A program made the position numbers and the translations under genes. This document shows, piece by piece, positions 59,037 to 64,000 of a stretch of 64,000 nucleotides of DNA (within the stretch, counting starts at the first letter, position 1; each line of letters starts with the position of its first letter). The DNA comes from a virus. The notes beneath the pieces are model-generated. The model was not told where the DNA came from and searched no databases. It worked only from the letters and a program-made list of their open reading frames with translations. The DNA lies in IMG/VR virus record IMGVR_UViG_3300050821_017570, positions 123,140 through 187,139 of that record; one strand, 5' to 3'.

Positions 59037-59978
59037 TCAAACCGTCGAGGTAATACGTGCCCGGAAGACCGAGGCGACGTTACCGATCGTTGCACCGCGC
59101 TCACAGTAGGCGAAGAAGCAAAGATTATAAGCCTGTTTGTCAACATACATAGTGGTCTCTTCGAGAACAAACGACTTGCCGATAAACTCGGGGCTTGCGA
59201 AGCCGTAGAACTCTAAGTATGATACCAACTCTACTTTATTTGTGACCACCCAGTTGACGCCCAGCAGCTTCTTCTGCTGGAACCCATCCACGAACATCGT
59301 CTCGGACAGGTCACCACCAACCTCATCACGGCCGAACTTCGCGATGTCGCGGATCGTCAGGCTGTTGATCAGGATGGTAGCAGTCTCCAGGTGGGCGAAC
59401 GTCGCCGGCAGGATCTTCTGCATCTCCAGGAGGCTCGAACGGCTAACGCCAGCCGGGTCGGCGATCACGAGGTTCTGGATCACACCAGTCTCGGGGACGG
59501 TCGAGTTCTCGGAACCGATGAGGACCTGCACGCAGGTCAGCATCTTGGAGTCGAACTCGTAGTCCATGTCGAGGATGGCGTTGTCACTGAGGACCTGGCG
59601 GATGTCCATACCGTAGGTACGAAGCTCCGAGATGTCCTTGGTGAACTTGGGGGTCACAATACGGTCGAAGAAGACCGGGTAACGGTCGCCCTTGATGTAG
59701 TACTGGACCGGCTGCGCGCCGAGCGGAATCGTGATCGCGGCGGGCGAGCCAGGCTCACGTTCCACCAGCTTCACATTCTTATCGTTGTAGAGCTGAGGGG
59801 TCAGCTCGTCGTTCCCGATCTTGACCGCGGGAAGAAGCTTCTCGAAGAAGCTCGACTCGCGAATCTTGACGCGGGTAAAGTCGGTCACCATGTCGGCGGC
59901 CTGCTTGATGTGGCCGGCGTCCAGAAGACCATAGAAGGTCGCATTGGACTGCTTGGCCGAAATCTTCTCTTGAGTCAT
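59037..59978 (-). CDS. major capsid protein (HK97-fold)
   Basis: 313 aa; strong C/G-ending codon bias; follows the protease, scaffold and decoration genes; has its own terminator. Confidence 0.85.
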   Translation of the reverse strand: MTQEKISAKQSNATFYGLLDAGHIKQAADMVTDFTRVKIRESSFFEKLLPAVKIGNDELTPQLYNDKNVKLVEREPGSPAAITIPLGAQPVQYYIKGDRYPVFFDRIVTPKFTKDISELRTYGMDIRQVLSDNAILDMDYEFDSKMLTCVQVLIGSENSTVPETGVIQNLVIADPAGVSRSSLLEMQKILPATFAHLETATILINSLTIRDIAKFGRDEVGGDLSETMFVDGFQQKKLLGVNWVVTNKVELVSYLEFYGFASPEFIGKSFVLEETTMYVDKQAYNLCFFAYCERGATIGNVASVFRARITSTV

Positions 59979-60020
59979 GTCAGTAATCTTTCGTAGTTGG
60001 GTTGGCAGCTGGTTCGAGGA

Positions 60021-60578
60021 TTACTCGTTCGCCAGGACGGTGCCAGGAACCCACGCGGGGTAGAAGAAGATGGTGAGCCAACCGTCGGCCGAGGTCTGCA
60101 CGCCACGAGGGCTGACATAACCGATGACCGGATTGTTGGTCGAGGCCGGGATGATCAGACCCTGCTTGGCAGGAGTCGTCGCAGCGTTCCGATTCGCCGT
60201 CAGAGCCTCACCGGGGGTGTAGGTCTGAGTGGTGTCGAAGAACGTCGAGGACATCTCGCCCGCGATCTTCCAGGTCCACAGCGTGACGCGGGCCTGACCC
60301 GAGTACGGCATGCCGGGATCGCGCTCAACGTCCGGGCTGGAGTTCGGGTCGAAGCCGGCCCAAATCCAGAACGGCATCGAGGACGCAGCCACGAGGCCAG
60401 GAAGGATGGTGTTGCTGCCAGAGAGGCTGGCAACCGCGCCGGTGACGAAGCCCTGGGCCACGCCGTTGGCGATAGTAATGGAAGAGTCGATGATGCCGAC
60501 ATAGTCGACCACATCGTTTCGGTTTCCCTTAACGAGGTCGAGCTTGTACTGGCCCATCGAGCTTTGGAGGTAAGTCAT
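60021..60578 (-). CDS. capsid decoration / stabilising protein
   Basis: 185 aa, beta-rich, directly upstream of the MCP gene; YTPGEALTA..GLI..VIGYV. Confidence 0.7.
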   Translation of the reverse strand: MTYLQSSMGQYKLDLVKGNRNDVVDYVGIIDSSITIANGVAQGFVTGAVASLSGSNTILPGLVAASSMPFWIWAGFDPNSSPDVERDPGMPYSGQARVTLWTWKIAGEMSSTFFDTTQTYTPGEALTANRNAATTPAKQGLIIPASTNNPVIGYVSPRGVQTSADGWLTIFFYPAWVPGTVLANE

Positions 60579-60646
60579 GTCAATGCCTTAATGGAAAGGT
60601 TAGGGGGGTTCCGCTGGTATGCGATACCCGAAAGGTATTAGCGGTG

Positions 60647-61096
60647 TTACTTATGAACACCAAGGGTCTGATTGGCCTCAGCTAGCTTGCGCTGCCAGAG
60701 GTCATCAGCGGTCTCCACAGTAGCGCTCTCACGCTTAACAACCGTTGAATGCTTGGGAGCGGTCGGAACCTTGGCAGCAACCTTGGAGAGAGCCTTCAGG
60801 GCAGTCTCATGGTCCAGAAGCTTGGCAGCGAACTGGTCGCGCCGCTCTTCAGAATCCAGGAGGCCGGCCTTGAACGTCTCGTCGGCAGCTGTCTTGGCAA
60901 AACCAGCCAGCTTGGCCTTGACGGCTTCCGCATCGGCCGAAGCAGTGTCAGACGCCGTCTTGGTCTGTTGGATCGACTGGCTGAGAGTCACGCACTCGGC
61001 GGTCTTAGCCTGTAGGTCCTTCTTCAGCTGCGCGATCTCAGCCTCGTGGGCCTCAATCGTCTCAGCGGACTTGATCAGTAGTTCTTGGGGTTCCAT
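60647..61096 (-). CDS. coiled-coil scaffold-like head protein
   Basis: 149 aa; heptad repeats; many KxA motifs. Confidence 0.65.
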   Translation of the reverse strand: MEPQELLIKSAETIEAHEAEIAQLKKDLQAKTAECVTLSQSIQQTKTASDTASADAEAVKAKLAGFAKTAADETFKAGLLDSEERRDQFAAKLLDHETALKALSKVAAKVPTAPKHSTVVKRESATVETADDLWQRKLAEANQTLGVHK

Positions 61097-61097
61097 A

Positions 61098-62534
61098 TTA
61101 CTTGCCTTGATTTTGCATCGTCAGGGTGAGCTGAGCGGTCTTGCGGCAGATAGCCGTCATGGCTTGCTCACGGTACGCAGCAGTCTTGGGGTCCATACCA
61201 GCGGGAGCCTGATGCTTGGCAGCCATCAGCTTCTGCAGATCCTCAGGGGTGATCCCCATGTCGGCCAGAAGCTTCAGGAGCGCCTTCTGGCACTCAGGAT
61301 CGCTCGGGTTGAGCACAGAGGCGTCGTCACCACCGGCCATTGGGTCAGCAGCCGGTGCGGCCGGTGCAGGCGCGGGCGCGGGCGCAGCTGCGTCCGGGGC
61401 CTTACCGTCACCCTTATCGTCGCCACCCATCTCGTCGGCACGCTTAGCGAGTGCTTCGGCCAGCTTGATACCGGCGTTATAGCCAGCCACCATGTCGGCT
61501 TCGTGGAACGTAGCGAGCTTCTCTAGGTACTGAGGATGAGCGCGGTCGACGTGCGCGGCAGCCATCTTGGCCTGCGCGAGCGGATCCGCACCAGCGTCAG
61601 GGCCAGCACCCGCATCGGGGCCCGGACCAGCAGCTGGGCCAGGAACCGCGGTGCCAGCCGCACCTGCGTCAGCGCCAGGGCCGGCAGCACCAGGGCCGGC
61701 AGCACCCGCATCAGGAGCCCCACCCATCGCACCGGGACCAGTGGGTCCAGCGCCTTGGCCGGCGTGTATCTCCTGCATCGCCTGAGCCACATCTTCCTTC
61801 GAGATCGCACCCTGCTGCATCATCTCCATCAGAATCTTCTCGGCATCCTCTTCGCCGAGCTGACCCGATTCGATTGCCTGCATGAGTTGGGCACCAACGT
61901 CACCAGCAGCCTGCTGGTCGTCCATGCCGGCAGCGGCTACTTTGAAGTGCTGGTTGGAGCGTGCCGCTTTGACAAGAAAGCAATCCAACGCGGAAAGATT
62001 GCTCTTATCCACATTGACCTCACTTCCCTTAGTAGCAGCGACGGCCGAAGCAGTCTTGGTGTCAGCGACGGGCTTGGCAACCGGCTCGGCTGGCTTCTCA
62101 GCCGCCTTGAGCGCAGCCGCAGCCTTGCGTAGCTCTTCCGCCAGCTTGGTACCGACCGAAGCGGCCTTCATGCCGTCGCGGCCCTTCTCGGCCTCAGTCT
62201 TGCTGTCATCGGGACCATTCGGAGCGTTGCCCTTCACGGACAGGTCAGCACCCTGGCTACCACTCTGACCGTTCGAGGCGGCCGAAGTCGCACCCTCAGT
62301 CGAGTTGGTGACACTGGCACCCTCAGGATTGGTCTTCGCACTCGCATCAACCGCAGCGGTCGTATAGACGGCAGCGTTTGACTTGTTGGCGGCCATCTGC
62401 TCGCCCGTCTCGGGCTTCTTGGTGCCGTCGTCAACTCCATCGCCAGGACTGGCGAGCTTCTTGACTTGGGCAACCTTGATCTCCTTCTGTCGCTTCAGGA
62501 CAGCATCAAGGTCAGAAAGCATACGATTAGCCAT
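61098..62534 (-). CDS. prohead core / scaffold protein
   Basis: 478 aa, Ala/Gly/Pro low complexity, at least 15 KxA motifs; lies between the protease and capsid genes. Confidence 0.65.
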   Translation of the reverse strand: MANRMLSDLDAVLKRQKEIKVAQVKKLASPGDGVDDGTKKPETGEQMAANKSNAAVYTTAAVDASAKTNPEGASVTNSTEGATSAASNGQSGSQGADLSVKGNAPNGPDDSKTEAEKGRDGMKAASVGTKLAEELRKAAAALKAAEKPAEPVAKPVADTKTASAVAATKGSEVNVDKSNLSALDCFLVKAARSNQHFKVAAAGMDDQQAAGDVGAQLMQAIESGQLGEEDAEKILMEMMQQGAISKEDVAQAMQEIHAGQGAGPTGPGAMGGAPDAGAAGPGAAGPGADAGAAGTAVPGPAAGPGPDAGAGPDAGADPLAQAKMAAAHVDRAHPQYLEKLATFHEADMVAGYNAGIKLAEALAKRADEMGGDDKGDGKAPDAAAPAPAPAPAAPAADPMAGGDDASVLNPSDPECQKALLKLLADMGITPEDLQKLMAAKHQAPAGMDPKTAAYREQAMTAICRKTAQLTLTMQNQGK

Positions 62535-62579
62535 TGGGATAATTCCTAGAGGATCTAGAGGTGAAATTAGATTGAGTGA

Positions 62580-63905
62580 TCAGGCACGCAAGATGTTGGT
62601 CAAGACTAGGTTCTGGAGAACCTGCTCTGACTGGGCGTTCTGGTCGTGACACGCGAATGCGAGCTTGTAATGGAGATAGAACTCTTCAAGCCCTCGTTGC
62701 TCAACCGAGTCGATCGCCTGAGCCGTTTTGGGCTCAGGCCGCATGATTGAGGCAGCCAGTACACGATCCTGTACCGGGCGTGGTGCCAGGCTGGCCGACT
62801 TCGTCAGATCGTTGAGCGAGGATTCGGTCATTGAGAAACCGATACCGGTATGACGCGTGCTACCGTCAAGACTCGTAACCTCAGTCTGGTCAGCTAGTAA
62901 GCGGTTAAACCCATCGGTAAGGTCTGGCTCATCTGAGGACCTGGCTAGCTTCGACTGCCCCACCACGATGTCGCAGAAGTCAGGGAAGCTGAGCAGGATG
63001 GCGTTCTGATGCAGATAGCTCAGCAGGTGGTCCATCCCATGGAGGGCAGCCATCTTCTTAAGCTCGCAAGATGTTTCGCGGTGCAGCTGCTTGGGGCCAC
63101 CAACCGGTTTACCCATCGCCTGGATCCGCTTCTCCATCTCGGCCAGACGAACCAGCATGGCGTGCTTGGTCGAACCCGGCGCGATAACCCCATAGGCTTC
63201 AGCCAACTCGTGTCCGCCCACTATATCGCTAGCCCCCGCAACCTTACGAAGCGAGTAGGCGATACGATCGGCAGGTTTGTGAACGCGTGAGATATCGAAG
63301 TAATGCGGGTCCGGGTTCTCCATATTGCAGGGAACGCCATCCTCACGGACTTCGCCAAGGTGCTCTTTAATGTGCTCACAATGTTCTTTGGCCGTCGGAG
63401 CTTTATGCCCGCACCACTTACAAACGTCATACGCTTGCTGTGAACCCATACTGAAGGGGATGTCTTTCCCCTTACTGGCGTCTTCGATCGCTTCGGCGTG
63501 CTTGGCATTTTCCAGCGCGATCAATAGCTCGATACGACTCATCTGGTCGTTATGCGCGGTTGCCAACACCTGACCTGTCTTCAGATGCGGCGATTGATTC
63601 CGATGATGAGTGAAAACATGACCAGCGGTTTTGAAGTAGTGGTGGTTGCTGACGTTATCGCTACCACTGAACTCATCACAGTTTCGGTTGCCACCATAGG
63701 CCTCAGAGTCACCAACCGCCAGGATGTGGAAGACCGTATGGCCATCGATTGGCTTCATCTCGGAGAGTTCTTTGTGGAAGACTCCGTTGGTGCCCGCCAC
63801 CTTACGAATAAACCCATCGTCGACACCACGTCGGTGCAACGGAACCAGGCTGACCGGGAGGTCATCGAAACGATACGAGTCAGTCAGAATCAGCTTGGTA
63901 ATCAT
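62580..63905 (-). CDS. prohead protease (assemblin/HK97-type) with a Zn ribbon
   Basis: NRNCDEF; VFTHHRN (His); PFSMG (Ser); DVCKWCG..HCEH; FDISRVHKPADRIA. Confidence 0.8.
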   Translation of the reverse strand: MITKLILTDSYRFDDLPVSLVPLHRRGVDDGFIRKVAGTNGVFHKELSEMKPIDGHTVFHILAVGDSEAYGGNRNCDEFSGSDNVSNHHYFKTAGHVFTHHRNQSPHLKTGQVLATAHNDQMSRIELLIALENAKHAEAIEDASKGKDIPFSMGSQQAYDVCKWCGHKAPTAKEHCEHIKEHLGEVREDGVPCNMENPDPHYFDISRVHKPADRIAYSLRKVAGASDIVGGHELAEAYGVIAPGSTKHAMLVRLAEMEKRIQAMGKPVGGPKQLHRETSCELKKMAALHGMDHLLSYLHQNAILLSFPDFCDIVVGQSKLARSSDEPDLTDGFNRLLADQTEVTSLDGSTRHTGIGFSMTESSLNDLTKSASLAPRPVQDRVLAASIMRPEPKTAQAIDSVEQRGLEEFYLHYKLAFACHDQNAQSEQVLQNLVLTNILRA

Positions 63906-64000
63906 GGCATCCAGTCGTTGTTCTGACGCAACTTATCAAGCCACTCAGGATTGTAGTTCGATAGCGCGCCACCCAGACCGCCAAGAATGCCGTTGCGGAT
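63902..64000 (-). CDS. 3' end of a gene entering from the right edge
   Basis: ...IRNGILGGLGGALSNYNPEWLDKLRQNNDWMP*, with an ATGA overlap onto the protease start. Confidence 0.5.
   Translation of the reverse strand: MRNGILGGLGGALSNYNPEWLDKLRQNNDWMP

Noticed and set aside
8565-61526. Long plus-strand ORFs such as 8565..9215, 51450..52235, 53870..54727, 59391..59996, 59997..60641 and 60672..61526
   Set aside because: Antisense shadows of codon-biased, GC-rich minus-strand genes; no SD, no motifs and atypical composition.
61560-61780. Collagen-like repeat in the scaffold (GAAGPGAAGPG...)
   Set aside because: The Gly-X-Y period is not maintained; it is better explained as a disordered Gly/Ala/Pro linker.
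1-64000. Prophage boundary, diversity-generating retroelement or alternative genetic code
   Set aside because: No integrase, att repeats or host genes; no reverse transcriptase or TR/VR pair was seen; genes end in TAA, TAG and TGA with tight packing under the standard code.

Overview
The window is part of a large, GC-rich (about 60%) tailed phage genome with a contractile tail. No integrase, att site or host chromosomal genes are visible. Layout: (1) 1-20550 holds about 55 small, mostly hypothetical, minus-strand 'early/host-interaction' genes. Several are internal paralogs, and 11 are preceded by the same 22-nt covarying hairpin + GGAG cassette. Nested in this region is an RNA-rich island (about 15.9-18.3 kb): an HNH nuclease gene, a tRNA-Leu(UAA)-like RNA with a 25-nt insert in its anticodon and a sealed 16-bp acceptor stem, and a tandem pair of GNRA-hairpin + terminator RNA units. 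(2) 20.6-26.3 kb holds a divergence region, a degenerate PyrE-like phosphoribosyltransferase, a degenerate primase-like protein and two plus-strand genes. (3) 26.2-64 kb is a minus-strand virion module: paralogous tail-fibre/baseplate genes, baseplate, an embedded sigma-70-family factor, tape measure, tail chaperones with a -1 frameshift site, tube, sheath, neck, holin, an initiator-like tRNA(CAU), two free-standing HNH/EndoVII nucleases, major capsid, decoration, scaffold and prohead protease. All protein calls come from motif recognition by eye; no database search was run. The best candidate for an undescribed system is the RNA island with its adjacent HNH gene, together with the hairpin-SD cassettes.
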